This document shows, piece by piece, positions 6,645-17,851 of a stretch of DNA of 46,579 nt. Made by a program: the position numbers and the translations under genes. How positions within the stretch are numbered: the stretch's first letter is position 1; the number at the start of each line of letters is the position of its first letter. The DNA comes from Ghiorsea sp. (GTDB taxonomy: Bacteria; Pseudomonadota; Zetaproteobacteria; Mariprofundales; Mariprofundaceae): the NCBI GenBank assembly GCA_027055255.1, contig JALUNK010000225.1, positions 1-46,579 on the forward strand. Reading direction: 5' to 3'. The notes beneath the pieces are model-generated. The model saw only the letters and a list, made by a program, of their open reading frames with translations. It was not told the origin of the DNA and made no database searches.

Positions 6645-8810
6645 ATGAGCCGCATTTTTGAAATAACAGAACAAGTTCAGACCTATATGCCCAAAGCTGA
6701 TGTTGAGCTTATCAACAGGGCATATGTGTTTGCAGCCCATGCCCATGCGCGGCAACGTCGAAGCTCAGGCGAGCTTTATATTACTCACCCCTTAAATGTT
6801 GCAAAGAATTTAGCTGACTTAAAGTTGGATGTATCTTCTATTGTTACGGGTTTGTTACATGACACAGTAGAAGATACGCACGTCACTTTGGAAGATATTC
6901 AGACGCGCTTTGGTGATGAAATTGCGCGCTTGGTTGATGGTGTAACCAAGGTGGGTAAAATTCATTTCCGTTCATCTGAACACCAAAAAGCAGAAAACTT
7001 TCGAAAAATGATTATGGCAACAGCGCAAGACTTGCGTGTGTTGTTGGTTAAGCTTGCTGACCGTTTGCATAATATGAACACCCTTGCCGTGATGCGTGAA
7101 GATAAACGAAAGCGCATTGCTGTAGAGACCATGGAAATTTATGTGCCGCTTGCACATCGTTTGGGCATTCATTGGATTGCACAAGCCATGGAAGACTTGG
7201 CATTTAAGCATATTGACCCCAAAGCAAGCCAAGAGTTAGAGGGTAAACTTGAAGGTAAGCTTGAGTTTTTAACGCAGACCCAAACGCGATTGGAAGGGAT
7301 TATTCAAGAAGCTTTGCGCAGGCAGGGTATTGAAGCCAAAGTGCAAGGCCGCATGAAAAATGTGTATAGTTTACATCAAAAAATGCAGCGCAAGAGTCTG
7401 GATTTTGATGAAATTTATGACTTTATCGCCTTTCGGGTGATTGTTGAGGACACACCTGCTTGTTATCATGTTTTGGGCATTATTCATAGTTTATATCACC
7501 CTGTGCCAGGGCGTTTTAAAGATTATATTGCGCTACCCAAAGCCAATGGTTATCAATCTTTACACACGGTGGTGATTGGGCCAGATAGTTTTAGAATTGA
7601 AGTGCAAATTCGTAGTGAATCCATGCATTATTTTGCAGAAAATGGTGTGGCTTCGCACTGGCTGTATAAGTCCAAAGATAAACCTGAAGAACAAAAAGAA
7701 ATGCAGGGCTTTCAGTGGTTAAAACAACTGGCTGAAACATTGCATACCGCAGATAATCCGGGTGAATTTTTAGAAAATGTACGCTTGGATTTGTTCGTTA
7801 AAGAAGTGTATGTCTTTTCTCGGGATGGTGACTTGTTTGCTCTTCCTCGCGGTAGTAAACCGCTTGATTTTGCTTATGCAGTGCATACAGATGTGGGTAA
7901 TCATTGTATGGCCATTCGCATCAATGGTGAACCCGCAGAGTTCAAGCAAGAATTGCTGAATGGGGATGAGATTGAAGTGGTGACAAGCCCCGAGCAAACG
8001 CCATCACGTAAATGGTTGCAATGGGTAAAAACAGCGAAGGCCAAGCAAAGCATTCGCCAGTGGTTTAGAGTGCAAGAAAAAGAAAGTGCTATTCGTTTAG
8101 GTGAGCATTTACTCAATAGTACATTGGGCAAAGCAACGATTCGACATGATGTTCTACAGTTCGCAGGTTGCAAGGATGATGTTGAACTTAAAGAAAAGCT
8201 TGGCCGTGGGGATATTGAAGCTTCAGAGCTCTTGCAGTATATACATAAAGATGATGAGAGTGTCATTCGCAAACAAGCCTTTGCGGAATCGAAAATGCAA
8301 CCTGCAACATGTTGTCACCCCATTCCAGGTGACAATGTGGTTGGTTCATTTGTTTCAGGTGAAGGGTTTATTGTGCATGACCTTCATTGTCCTGTGATGA
8401 TGCGCAAGGATGCCATGCAATGTGTGGATGTGGATTGGCAGCCCGTAGAAGGGCAATATTATAAAACAGGTATTGAAGTCTTTTGTTTGAATGAACGGGG
8501 TTCTTTGGGATTGGTAACTTCTTGTTTATCGCGTGAAGAAGCTAATATTGAAGACATTAAAATTGAGCAACTTCCTGGCACACTCACACTGCTATATATC
8601 CTTATTGATGTGGAAGACAGGGTTCACTTGGCAAGGGTATTCAAGGCATTAAAAGCACTTACGCATGTTTCACGTGTTCGCCGCCATCATCCCCAAGGTT
8701 TGGGTGGAAACGTGGTGCGGCATAAATTTGGTTCCGTGTTGCAAACTATGGCTTCATTGGGTCAGACTTTGACCAAACCCTTTAAGAAAAAAACGAAAGA
8801 AAAAGGATAA
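6645..8810 (+). CDS. spoT: Bifunctional (p)ppGpp synthetase/hydrolase (long RSH)
   Basis: HD motif LLHDTVED, KLADRLHNM, RFKDYIALPKANGYQSLHT, TGS motif LDFAYAVHTDVG, CCHPIPGD and ACT domain. Follows rpoZ. Confidence 0.95.
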   Translation: MSRIFEITEQVQTYMPKADVELINRAYVFAAHAHARQRRSSGELYITHPLNVAKNLADLKLDVSSIVTGLLHDTVEDTHVTLEDIQTRFGDEIARLVDGVTKVGKIHFRSSEHQKAENFRKMIMATAQDLRVLLVKLADRLHNMNTLAVMREDKRKRIAVETMEIYVPLAHRLGIHWIAQAMEDLAFKHIDPKASQELEGKLEGKLEFLTQTQTRLEGIIQEALRRQGIEAKVQGRMKNVYSLHQKMQRKSLDFDEIYDFIAFRVIVEDTPACYHVLGIIHSLYHPVPGRFKDYIALPKANGYQSLHTVVIGPDSFRIEVQIRSESMHYFAENGVASHWLYKSKDKPEEQKEMQGFQWLKQLAETLHTADNPGEFLENVRLDLFVKEVYVFSRDGDLFALPRGSKPLDFAYAVHTDVGNHCMAIRINGEPAEFKQELLNGDEIEVVTSPEQTPSRKWLQWVKTAKAKQSIRQWFRVQEKESAIRLGEHLLNSTLGKATIRHDVLQFAGCKDDVELKEKLGRGDIEASELLQYIHKDDESVIRKQAFAESKMQPATCCHPIPGDNVVGSFVSGEGFIVHDLHCPVMMRKDAMQCVDVDWQPVEGQYYKTGIEVFCLNERGSLGLVTSCLSREEANIEDIKIEQLPGTLTLLYILIDVEDRVHLARVFKALKALTHVSRVRRHHPQGLGGNVVRHKFGSVLQTMASLGQTLTKPFKKKTKEKG

Positions 8811-8815
8811 AAAGA

Positions 8816-9199
8816 ATGACATTACAAGCTGTTCATACAAATCATGCCCCTAAAGCTGTTGGCGCATATAGCCAAGCGGTAAAATGTAGAGATATGTTGT
8901 ATACATCAGGTCAAATTGGTTTGAATCCTTTGACAGGTGAGATGGTGGCAGATGATGTGGCGTCACAAGCCAAGCAAGTGGTCAAAAATTTAACGGCTGT
9001 CATCAATGAAGCTGGTGCAAGTTTGGATCAAATTGTAAAAGTAACGATTTTTTTGGAAGATATGGCTGATTTTGCAGAAGTGAATCAGATTTACGCCGAT
9101 TGGTTGGGTGAACATAAACCTGCGCGCTCAACCGTTGCCGTGGCAGCACTTCCTTTGGCTGCCAAAGTTGAAATGGATTGCGTGGTTGCTCTTGGGTAA
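8816..9199 (+). CDS. ridA: RidA family reactive intermediate deaminase
   Basis: APKAVGAYSQAV, TSGQIG, PARSTVAVAALP..KVEM. Confidence 0.92.
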   Translation: MTLQAVHTNHAPKAVGAYSQAVKCRDMLYTSGQIGLNPLTGEMVADDVASQAKQVVKNLTAVINEAGASLDQIVKVTIFLEDMADFAEVNQIYADWLGEHKPARSTVAVAALPLAAKVEMDCVVALG

Positions 9200-9208
9200 G
9201 GCGTTGAC

Positions 9209-11047
9209 ATGATTGTTGATGGGACGCCAACCAGCGCCTTTATTATCACTGTATTGATTGCAGTGGCAGCGCAACTTGTGGCTTCTCGATTAAAGTTTCC
9301 ACCTATAATTATTTGGCTGGTCGCAGGCATGGGTTTGGGTACGTTTGGACTTAACGTTATTCAAGCAAGTTTGTTGGAAGGTGCTTTACACACGTTGATT
9401 GAGCTTGGTCTTGCCGTGATTCTTTTTGAAGGTGGGCTTAACCTCAACCTTAAAACATTAAAAGAGCATGGCTGGACGGTTGGGCGGTTGGTTATTGTTG
9501 CGCCACTGCTGACCATGTTGCTTGGTGGAGCAACTGTTCACTTTGTCATTGGCATGGATTGGCCTGTTGCTCTTCTTTTTGGGGCACTGGTTGCTGTGGG
9601 TGGGCCTACCGTCATCATGCCTATTGTACGGCAAGTACGCTTAGAAAGAGGTGTTAGCCACATTTTAACGGGCGAAGCCATGCTGGTGGATGCTGTGGGT
9701 GCTATTCTGGCGATTGTGATGTTGCAAATTGTTTTGTTGCCTGAATTGGATGCTTTGCACAGCTTCCAAGAAATCATGATTAAGTTTGTGGTTGGTGCAT
9801 TGGTGGGTGGCTTAGGTGGCTGGTTACTTGGTTTGGCATTACGCCATAACATTGCCCAAGGTTTAGAGCTTCGTGTTGTGATGAGTTTGGCGATGGCGTG
9901 GGGAATATTTCTTTTTGCTGACGAGTTAAGTTCACAAGCGGGTTTATTGGCAGTACTGGTGTCTGGTGCAGTGCTACAACGCATGGATATTTCAGACCTA
10001 CAGAATCTTAAACATTTTAAAGGTAGCCTATCCATGCTACTTATCTCTATGCTGTTTGTACTTTTGGCAGCGAATTTGGATTTGAATGTGATGGTAGCTT
10101 GGTTATGGCAAGGGCTGCTCATCTTTGCTGTTTTAGCGGTGTTTGTGCGTCCTCTGGCGGTTTGGTTATCAACGGTTGGTGGTCAGTTAAATAGACAACA
10201 GGTCACTTTTTTAGCGTTTATGGCACCACGTGGTGTGGTGGCTGCAGGTGTGACCTCATTATTTTCTATTATTTTGATGGAAGCAGGAAACCCTGATGCA
10301 GAAACGCTGCTCGCCCTTGTTTATATTATTATTATTGTGTCCGTGTTTTTATACAGTTTCTTGGCAAAACCTATGAGCAAGTGGTTGCACGTTGAAGGTG
10401 GTAGCGATCGCTCTGTTTTGATTGTGGGTGGTGGGCAAGTGGGTGCCGAGCTTGGACGCTTATTGAGTGAAGATAGGGAAGTTCGTTTTTTGGATATGAA
10501 TGGGCAAGTGGTATCGAATTTGAAACAAGCGGGTTTTACAGCAGTACGAGGTAATGCGCTTGACCCATTGTATATGGAAATTGTTCATGCTGAAGAAATT
10601 GATACGGTGATTGTGATGACGGGTTCATCCGATCATAACTTACACATTGCGCGCTTGGCATCGGATATGTTTCATATTCAAGATGTGTATGTAACCTTAG
10701 AAGAAGGTGATGAGAAAAAGTATGGTAGTTTGATGCATCAATTGAGTGCCAAACGTTTGTTTGCTAAACCTTATACGTTCAGTTATTGGCATGACCAAGC
10801 GACACGGAAGCGACTGGTGTTTGATACCAAAGTGGTGGATGAAGCTTCAGGTCTTGAAGGTTTGTCGTTTAAGCAATTGCGCATTCCAAGTGGTGTGCAA
10901 CCGCTTGCTGTGGTACGTGAAGGGCAGTCTCACATTGTACATGATGACCTAGAGTTACAACTTGATGATGAGGTTTATGCCTTGCTGCGCCCTGAGCGGA
11001 TTAAAGAAGGACAACCCATTTTAGAACCCTTGCCTAGCGCAAGCTAA
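9209..11047 (+). CDS. CPA1 (NhaP-like) cation:proton antiporter with C-terminal TrkA-N/TrkA-C domains
   Basis: Many TM segments, AVILFEGGL, GPTVIMPI, APRGVVAA; Rossmann-like LIVGGGQVG and RGNALD. Confidence 0.88.
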   Translation: MIVDGTPTSAFIITVLIAVAAQLVASRLKFPPIIIWLVAGMGLGTFGLNVIQASLLEGALHTLIELGLAVILFEGGLNLNLKTLKEHGWTVGRLVIVAPLLTMLLGGATVHFVIGMDWPVALLFGALVAVGGPTVIMPIVRQVRLERGVSHILTGEAMLVDAVGAILAIVMLQIVLLPELDALHSFQEIMIKFVVGALVGGLGGWLLGLALRHNIAQGLELRVVMSLAMAWGIFLFADELSSQAGLLAVLVSGAVLQRMDISDLQNLKHFKGSLSMLLISMLFVLLAANLDLNVMVAWLWQGLLIFAVLAVFVRPLAVWLSTVGGQLNRQQVTFLAFMAPRGVVAAGVTSLFSIILMEAGNPDAETLLALVYIIIIVSVFLYSFLAKPMSKWLHVEGGSDRSVLIVGGGQVGAELGRLLSEDREVRFLDMNGQVVSNLKQAGFTAVRGNALDPLYMEIVHAEEIDTVIVMTGSSDHNLHIARLASDMFHIQDVYVTLEEGDEKKYGSLMHQLSAKRLFAKPYTFSYWHDQATRKRLVFDTKVVDEASGLEGLSFKQLRIPSGVQPLAVVREGQSHIVHDDLELQLDDEVYALLRPERIKEGQPILEPLPSAS

Positions 11048-11052
11048 GTTAC

Positions 11053-11886
11053 TTGAAAACACGGTTTGCACCTTCACCAACAGGGTTACTTCACCTGGGT
11101 AATCTCTATTCTGCACTGCAATGTCAATCATGGGCGAAAACACATGAGGCACAATTATTGTTGCGTATTGAAGATATTGATTTCACCCGTTGTAAACCTG
11201 AGTTTACAAGTCAAATGATTGAAGATTTAACTTGGGCTGGGATTTTATTTGATGGGCAAATCATGTATCAAAGCCAACGCACCGCTTTGTATCAAGCTGC
11301 TTTGGATGAATTGATTGTGATGGGTGTGTTGTATCCTTGTTTTTGTACACGCAAGCAAGTGAGTGAACATACAATCAATCCTAAGTCGTCACAATTGGAT
11401 ACCTATCCTCAAACCTGTCTTGGACTCAATAAAAGTGAACAAGATTTTCGCAAACAAAATGAATCTTTTTCATGGCGTTTGAATAGTAGAAGAGTCCAAA
11501 ATATATTGGGTGATAATCTGTTTTGGCTGGATGATCAACAAACCAAACATCCATTTAGTATATCTGATGATATTGGTGATGTGATTATTGGGCGTAAAGA
11601 TATTCAATACAGTTATCATTTGGCGGTGGTGGTGGATGATGCCGCACAAGGCATTACGCATATTATTCGGGGTGAGGATTTAAGAACCAGCACACCCGTA
11701 CATCGTGTGCTTCAGTTATTATTAGGTTATGACTCGCCTCTATATGTACATCATAAGCTTATTCAAGATGAGCAGGGTGCGCGACTTGCTAAAAGCAAAG
11801 GCTCACCAAGCTTAAAGTCTTTGCGAGATGCTGGGCTTAGTCAGCAAGATATTTTTGAGCGCATAAAAAAGGCCAGCCTAAGCTGA
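11053..11886 (+). CDS. gluQ: Glutamyl-Q tRNA(Asp) synthetase
   Basis: RFAPSPTGLLHLGN, LRIEDID, CFCTR, YHLAVVVDD, IIRGEDL, RLAKS; no anticodon-binding domain. Confidence 0.93.
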   Translation: MKTRFAPSPTGLLHLGNLYSALQCQSWAKTHEAQLLLRIEDIDFTRCKPEFTSQMIEDLTWAGILFDGQIMYQSQRTALYQAALDELIVMGVLYPCFCTRKQVSEHTINPKSSQLDTYPQTCLGLNKSEQDFRKQNESFSWRLNSRRVQNILGDNLFWLDDQQTKHPFSISDDIGDVIIGRKDIQYSYHLAVVVDDAAQGITHIIRGEDLRTSTPVHRVLQLLLGYDSPLYVHHKLIQDEQGARLAKSKGSPSLKSLRDAGLSQQDIFERIKKASLS

Positions 11887-11891
11887 CCTTT
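11865..11891 (-). terminator. Intrinsic terminator after pit, overlapping the gluQ 3' end
   Basis: Minus strand aaaggtcagcttaggctggcctttttt forms a hairpin followed by a U-tract. Confidence 0.6.
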
Positions 11892-11924
11892 GATTCAATA
11901 CGTCAATACTTATTCGGAGCTTCC

Positions 11925-13193
11925 TTAGCCTAAAGTGCCTTGTAAAATATAGTAGAAAATCACAGCTAACGTTGCACCTGCAGGTAGAGTGACAATCCAA
12001 GACATAAAAATGGTTTGAATGACACCAACATTGAGTGCGCCAATACCACGTGCAAGACCAACGCCTAAAACGCCACCAACAAGCGTATGCGTGGTTGAGA
12101 TGGGAAGCCCAACAGCAGAGGCAAATACGATAGTGATAGCTGCACCTAAAGTGGCAGCAAAACCACGGCTAGGTGTCAGCTCAGTAATGCCTGAGCCAAC
12201 TGTGGCGATAACTTTATGACCGTAGGTGGCTAGGCCGAAGACAATACCACCACCACCAAGAAATAAAATCCAAACAGGTGTTGCTGACTTGGCTGCAATT
12301 TCACCTGCACTATTTACAAGTCCAATCACAGCTGCCACGGGGCCAATGGCATTGGCGACATCATTAGAACCATGAGCGAAAGCAATAGCAATAGCAGTGA
12401 AAATCATCAATACACCAAAGATTTTTTCCATGTTTGAAAAGTGAAAATCTCTATCATTACTAGGGTCAAATTTAAGTCTACGAATCATGATGGTGCCCAA
12501 GACCATAATAAATAAACCAAGGCCTACAGCAATCATAACAGCCTCATCAAAGGGGAGTTTTACACCAACATGTTTAAGACCTTTAACCATGGTGACCATA
12601 GAAATGATAAAACCCACAATAAAGATATACATAGGCACATATTTCTTTGCGCGCTCAATAGGGTTATCTGTATTGATAATAAGCTTTTGAATACTGCGAA
12701 ATAAAAAGAAAGCAATAGTGCCTGCAAGCAAGGGTGAGGTAATCCAGCTTAATACAATGGTGCCGACCTTGCCCCAATGTACCGCATCCATACCAATACA
12801 CACAGCACCAAAACCGACAATCGCACCAACGATAGAGTGAGTGGTTGAGACAGGCCAACCTTTGCGTGTAGCAATTAATAACCAACAACCAGCAGCCAGC
12901 AATGATGCCAACATGCCGTGAACAAGTATTTCTGGCGTATCCCCTAATGATGATACGTCAATAATGCCTTTTCGAATGGTTTTGGTGACTTCGCCACCCG
13001 CGAGTATTGCACCGGTAAATTCAAAGACAGCGGCAATAACTACAGCTTGCTTAAAGGTTAAGGCACCTGAACCAACCGATGTGCCCATCGCATTGGCAAC
13101 ATCATTGGCACCAATACCCCAAGCCATAAATAAACCAAAGACAATGGCTAAGGTGATATAAATATCTGCGTTGACGAGAATAATTGATTCCAT
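11925..13193 (-). CDS. pit: Inorganic phosphate transporter, PiT family
   Basis: GANDVANAM, PVSTTHSIVG, HGSNDVAN and PISTTH signatures. Confidence 0.93.
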   Translation of the reverse strand: MESIILVNADIYITLAIVFGLFMAWGIGANDVANAMGTSVGSGALTFKQAVVIAAVFEFTGAILAGGEVTKTIRKGIIDVSSLGDTPEILVHGMLASLLAAGCWLLIATRKGWPVSTTHSIVGAIVGFGAVCIGMDAVHWGKVGTIVLSWITSPLLAGTIAFFLFRSIQKLIINTDNPIERAKKYVPMYIFIVGFIISMVTMVKGLKHVGVKLPFDEAVMIAVGLGLFIMVLGTIMIRRLKFDPSNDRDFHFSNMEKIFGVLMIFTAIAIAFAHGSNDVANAIGPVAAVIGLVNSAGEIAAKSATPVWILFLGGGGIVFGLATYGHKVIATVGSGITELTPSRGFAATLGAAITIVFASAVGLPISTTHTLVGGVLGVGLARGIGALNVGVIQTIFMSWIVTLPAGATLAVIFYYILQGTLG

Positions 13194-13203
13194 GGTTATC
13201 CTC

Positions 13204-13884
13204 TTAACGTGCTAATAACAACTGAAGGCGAGAGCCCACACGTTGTGAAATATCAGCCAACTCACCCGTCCAATCAATCATGCGGTAAAGAAACATCATA
13301 TCAATGGGTGGGTATTCTTTCTCGATGGCAAATAATGCATGACGAATTTGTTGTTCAAATTTATCTGACTCATATTCAATTTGGTTGAGTTCCTGAATCA
13401 TTTCAGCCACCAATTCCACTTCACCACCGCGAAAGCCTGCCTCAACCAGCTCATCAAGCTCATTGATGGCTTTTTTTGCTTGTTCAGCAGCGAGTACAGA
13501 GCATTCAACGAAACCGATAAAGAGGGGAGCAATGGGTTCAGGCATTTGCATTTTGCGACCAAGCATAATACCTGCAATATCCTTAGCCATATTGGCAATT
13601 TTATCTTGTTGGGTAACAATATCGAGAATTTGATCTCTGGGCATTGGCATGAAAAGACTATTCGGTAAGTTCATACGCAATTTATGTTTTAAGCTGTCTG
13701 CTTCATTTTCCAGTTTAGATATTTGTTGTTGGATTTGTGTTGCTTTTTCAAGGTCTTGAGCAGCCATCGCCTTAAAAAAGGCAGGTAGTTTGCTTGTACA
13801 CTCACACACCTTTTCCATATGTTGTTGTACTGGATGTACGGGAGACCCCGCAAACATACTGGTAATTGCACTTCTTCTAACCAT
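13204..13884 (-). CDS. DUF47/TIGR00153 PiT accessory phosphate transport regulator
   Basis: PhoU-like helical repeats (LENEADSLK..LFMPMPR..QQDKIAN; IEYESD..GELAD), directly upstream of pit. Confidence 0.88.
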   Translation of the reverse strand: MVRRSAITSMFAGSPVHPVQQHMEKVCECTSKLPAFFKAMAAQDLEKATQIQQQISKLENEADSLKHKLRMNLPNSLFMPMPRDQILDIVTQQDKIANMAKDIAGIMLGRKMQMPEPIAPLFIGFVECSVLAAEQAKKAINELDELVEAGFRGGEVELVAEMIQELNQIEYESDKFEQQIRHALFAIEKEYPPIDMMFLYRMIDWTGELADISQRVGSRLQLLLAR

Positions 13885-13949
13885 AAACCCCTCCCCATGA
13901 AAGCTGAGGAGAAGTTAGTATGCTTTTAGGTAAGGGTCACGGTTTAGTT

Positions 13950-14654
13950 TTAATCCAAATCTTCACCAGCAAGAATCTTAGCTGCTGCCTCATGGTCAAC
14001 ATGACGAATATCATGACCTTGTTCCATATAAATCACCATTTCAGCAACATTGGTCGCATGATCTGAAATACGTTCTAGATTTTTTGCGACATTGGATAAA
14101 ATGATGGATGAGCTAATAGCATGTGGGTCTTCCATCATATAGGTTAACATTTCGCGATACATTCGTTTGTATAACACATCAACGCCATCGTCTTTTTCGA
14201 TAACAGTCATGGCTAACTGTGTATCTCCGCGTGAAAAAGCATCGAGTGCGCGACGAACCTGTCGAATAACTTTTTCAGACATAATATCCAAGTTTGAAAA
14301 AACACGTGGTGGTTTTTCCAGCGAATAAAGCGTGCCTTTGCAAATACCAATCGATAGGTCACCCATACGTTCTAAATCAGTCACGAGTTTAATGATACCC
14401 ATGATGAAACGTAAATCACCAGCAGCAGGTTGGCGGCGAACAAGTATGCTACGCGTCATTTCATCACATTGGACTTCCAATGCATTGATAGCTCTATCAC
14501 GTTTGATGGTTTTTTTCGCCAGTTCTTCATCTTGCTCAAGCATCGATTTCACAGCATTTGCGATGGCACGTTCTACCAAGCTACCCATAGCAAGGATATG
14601 CTCTTTGAGTGCATCAAGTTCTTCATCATACCGTTTCATTGTGTGTTGTTGCAT
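13950..14654 (-). CDS. phoU: Phosphate signalling protein PhoU
   Basis: QPAAGDLR, DLERMGD, NLERISDHATNVAE. ATG 14654 has an AAGGAG RBS. Confidence 0.95.
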   Translation of the reverse strand: MQQHTMKRYDEELDALKEHILAMGSLVERAIANAVKSMLEQDEELAKKTIKRDRAINALEVQCDEMTRSILVRRQPAAGDLRFIMGIIKLVTDLERMGDLSIGICKGTLYSLEKPPRVFSNLDIMSEKVIRQVRRALDAFSRGDTQLAMTVIEKDDGVDVLYKRMYREMLTYMMEDPHAISSSIILSNVAKNLERISDHATNVAEMVIYMEQGHDIRHVDHEAAAKILAGEDLD

Positions 14655-14664
14655 GGTGTTCTCC

Positions 14665-15426
14665 TTAACCGAAGCGACCAGTGATATAGTCTTCAGTTTG
14701 TTGCTGTTGTGGTTTTGTGAAAATGTCACTTGTATCGCCAAATTCGATTAAATCACCCATATAGAAGAATGCAGTGTTATCAGACACGCGCGCGGCTTGT
14801 TGCATACTATGGGTTACGATGATGATGGTGTATTCTTGTTTCAGTTCGTCCATCAGCTCTTCAATTTTAGCAGATGCAATAGGGTCTAGCGCAGAGCAAG
14901 GCTCATCCATAAGAATAATCTCAGGTTTTACCGCAATTGTGCGGGCAATACACAGGCGCTGCTGCTGCCCCCCTGAAAGGGCGGTGCCGGGTTGATGAAG
15001 TTTATCTTTTACTTCATTCCACAAGCTTGCTTTCCGTAGCACCGCTTCGACGAGATTATCCATATCTGGACCTTTGCTTGCAATGCCATGAATGCGAGGC
15101 GCATAGGCTATATTTTCATAAATGCTTTTAGGAAAAGGGTTTGGTTTTTGGAAGACCATACCGACATGACTACGCAGTTGTACGACATCGACGCTAGGGT
15201 CATAAATATCATTGTTGTCGATTAAGACTGTCCCTTCAATCCGGCAACTAGAAATATGGTCATTCATGCGATTTAAGCAGCGAAGTAGGGTGGATTTACC
15301 ACAACCTGAAGGTCCAATAAATGAAGTTATTTTCTTTTCGGCTATTTCCAAATTTATTCCGTGAAGAGCCTCGCTCTCACCATACCATAGCTTGAGTTGA
15401 TTGATGCTGATTTTTGATGTGCTCAT
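14665..15426 (-). CDS. pstB: Phosphate ABC transporter ATP-binding protein
   Basis: [52 protein letters not shown]. Start ATG 15426. Confidence 0.96.
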   Translation of the reverse strand: MSTSKISINQLKLWYGESEALHGINLEIAEKKITSFIGPSGCGKSTLLRCLNRMNDHISSCRIEGTVLIDNNDIYDPSVDVVQLRSHVGMVFQKPNPFPKSIYENIAYAPRIHGIASKGPDMDNLVEAVLRKASLWNEVKDKLHQPGTALSGGQQQRLCIARTIAVKPEIILMDEPCSALDPIASAKIEELMDELKQEYTIIIVTHSMQQAARVSDNTAFFYMGDLIEFGDTSDIFTKPQQQQTEDYITGRFG

Positions 15427-15427
15427 C

Positions 15428-16588
15428 TTACCACCTTGTCTCAAATCGTTTACGCAACCATATTGCAAAAGCATTCATGGAAAGCAAAATTGTTACTAAT
15501 ACTAGAATAGCAGCGGCAGTGCGTTCTTCATAGGCACGAATAGATTCACCAGCCCATGTAAAAATTTGAGCAGGGAGCACGGTTGCTACTTCTGTAATAC
15601 TTGTAGGTGTATCGGGAATATATGCCATCATACCAATGACCAACAGTGGAGCTGTTTCACCCATAGCTTGAGCAAGCCCAATAATTGTACCCGTGAGAAT
15701 GCCTGGCATGGCAAGCGGGAGAACATGGTGAAACACGGCCTGCCAACGTGAGGCTCCCAAACCATAAGCAGCTTCTCGAATAGAGCTAGGCACAGCTCTT
15801 AGAGCGGCACGTGTAGTGATAATCACCACAGGAAGTGTCATCAAAGCCAGTGTTAAACCGCCCACTAAAGCCGATGACCTTGGCACACCAAAGAAGTTAA
15901 TAAAAACGGCTAAACCAAGCAAACCAAAAAGAATAGAAGGGATAGCAGCAAGGTTATTGATGTTGATTTCAATCAGTTGGGTTAGACGGTTGTCGGGTGC
16001 AAACTCTTCTAAATAAACAGCCGTCATCACACCAATGGGTAAAGCGACAGCTAATGTGACCAGTAAAACAAGAATAGATCCAACTACGGCAGATTTAATA
16101 CCTGCCAATTCAGGCATTTTGGAATCACCACGGGTGAAAAAGTTGGTGTTGAAGGCAAGCTTTACTTTACCCTCTTTCTCGAGTGCATCAATTTTCTTTT
16201 TATGTTTTTCTTTCAGTCTGTTGGGTTTGCCTTTGAGGTATTGGTCAACATCAGCCGTTGCCGTGACCCATTCCTGTGCGTTTGTTCCCATGAGTTCAGG
16301 ATGGTCTTCCATGTATAAGGGCAATGTACGCATCCAGCCACGGCTGACAATTTTACGGTAAGGTTTATCTACAGCTTTTTTATAGCTCTTCGCACTGGTT
16401 TCATTGTAGTGAATATCCACCAAGATTTCAGCCTGAGAAAGCGCTGATACCCCTTGGGTAATCATATTATAGAAGAAAAACACTAAGAATGCAGCAGCAA
16501 TGGTTAAAGCAAAAATAGTTGCACCTTTGAATATACGCTCACCAAGGTACCTGCGTCTTGTAGCCTTATTGGATACCATTTTATTCAT
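15428..16588 (-). CDS. pstA: Phosphate ABC transporter permease
   Basis: [34 protein letters not shown]. Confidence 0.95.
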   Translation of the reverse strand: MNKMVSNKATRRRYLGERIFKGATIFALTIAAAFLVFFFYNMITQGVSALSQAEILVDIHYNETSAKSYKKAVDKPYRKIVSRGWMRTLPLYMEDHPELMGTNAQEWVTATADVDQYLKGKPNRLKEKHKKKIDALEKEGKVKLAFNTNFFTRGDSKMPELAGIKSAVVGSILVLLVTLAVALPIGVMTAVYLEEFAPDNRLTQLIEININNLAAIPSILFGLLGLAVFINFFGVPRSSALVGGLTLALMTLPVVIITTRAALRAVPSSIREAAYGLGASRWQAVFHHVLPLAMPGILTGTIIGLAQAMGETAPLLVIGMMAYIPDTPTSITEVATVLPAQIFTWAGESIRAYEERTAAAILVLVTILLSMNAFAIWLRKRFETRW

Positions 16589-17798
16589 ACTGGCTCCTAA
16601 ATCTGCGCGTTACGTAAATAGAAATGACATTGAGTAATAAGGTGATAACGAGCAATACAAGTCCAAGCCCGAATGCAGAGAGTGTTTCAGGTGAATCAAA
16701 GGCTTGGTCACCAGTTAGCGCATCAACGATACGCACGGTTACAGTGGTCATGCCTTCTAAAGGATTCCAAGTCAGGTTGGGGCGTAATCCCGCTGCCATA
16801 ACCACAATCATGGTCTCACCTAAGGCACGCGACACGCCCAACAAACATGCGGCAATAATACCAGGTAATGCTGTAGGCAAAACGATTTTTATAATGGTTT
16901 CTGCATTGGTTGTGCCTAGTGCGAGAGAAGCATCGCGTAAGGCGCGAGGCACAGCTCTTATCACATCATCGGATAAAGATGAAATAAAAGGAATAATCAT
17001 AATGCCCATCACCAAACCCGGCGTTAAAGCATTGGTATAGTCAGCATGCAATCCTACAGCTTCAGCAAACTCAACGACCAATGGGCTGACAGTAATAGCT
17101 GCAAAGAAGCCATAAACCACGGTAGGGATACCTGCCAAAATTTCTAATGCAGGTTTGGCAATGTTGCGAATGGGTTCGCTAGCATATTCCGACATATAAA
17201 CCGCAGATAAAAGGCCTACTGGGATAGCAACCAGCATGGCAATGATGGTGATCATAAATGTGCCTGCAAAGATAGGTATTGCACCAAACATACCTTGAGT
17301 ATTGCCTTCAGTGGCATCATCAGGTGCCCAATGTGTTCCTGTGATAAACTCCCAAAGGCTTACGATTTTAAAGAAGTGAATGGCTTCAAAGATAATAGCT
17401 AAAACAATGCCAATTGTTGTTAGAATAGAGATGAGAGCGGCAGAGATAAGTAAATAACGAATGACTTTCTCGACCGATGTACGAGCGGTGAATGTAGGTT
17501 TAATATGTTTGTAGCCGTAAATGGTGCCAATCAAGCTTAATGTTGATGCTATGATCAGAAGTAGGCTGCCGTCCATGGTGTAGAGGGTTAAAAGATGCAG
17601 AATACTCATCAATAGGATAAACAATATCCCAGGCAGGATAACAGCTATGGCGATATAGAATGCGTAATGTATGGGTAGGGCGCGCCATTTAGTGTCAGAA
17701 AAGGCTTGTTGCACGCGAGCCTTAACCATGAATGCCAATGCCAAGGCGATGGGTAAGGCAGCGATACAATAATAGAATGCAGCATCAAGTAAGTTCAT
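16581..17798 (-). CDS. pstC: Phosphate ABC transporter permease
   Basis: LEILAGIPTVVYGFF, SLALGTT, SRALGETMIV. Confidence 0.95.
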   Translation of the reverse strand: MNLLDAAFYYCIAALPIALALAFMVKARVQQAFSDTKWRALPIHYAFYIAIAVILPGILFILLMSILHLLTLYTMDGSLLLIIASTLSLIGTIYGYKHIKPTFTARTSVEKVIRYLLISAALISILTTIGIVLAIIFEAIHFFKIVSLWEFITGTHWAPDDATEGNTQGMFGAIPIFAGTFMITIIAMLVAIPVGLLSAVYMSEYASEPIRNIAKPALEILAGIPTVVYGFFAAITVSPLVVEFAEAVGLHADYTNALTPGLVMGIMIIPFISSLSDDVIRAVPRALRDASLALGTTNAETIIKIVLPTALPGIIAACLLGVSRALGETMIVVMAAGLRPNLTWNPLEGMTTVTVRIVDALTGDQAFDSPETLSAFGLGLVLLVITLLLNVISIYVTRRFRSQYE

Positions 17799-17851
17799 GA
17801 TGATAATCTATGCTCCTAAGTGTAACATATTAACAGGTCGAATACTGTTTG

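Noticed and set aside
6408-6755. ORFs 6408-6629 (+) and 6498-6755 (-)
   Set aside because: They lie within the MITE-like element or antisense to spoT and have no transposase motifs.
17821-17836. Possible Pho box upstream of pstC (gtaaca/ttaaca)
   Set aside because: Half-sites are 8 bp apart rather than 11 and are degenerate.
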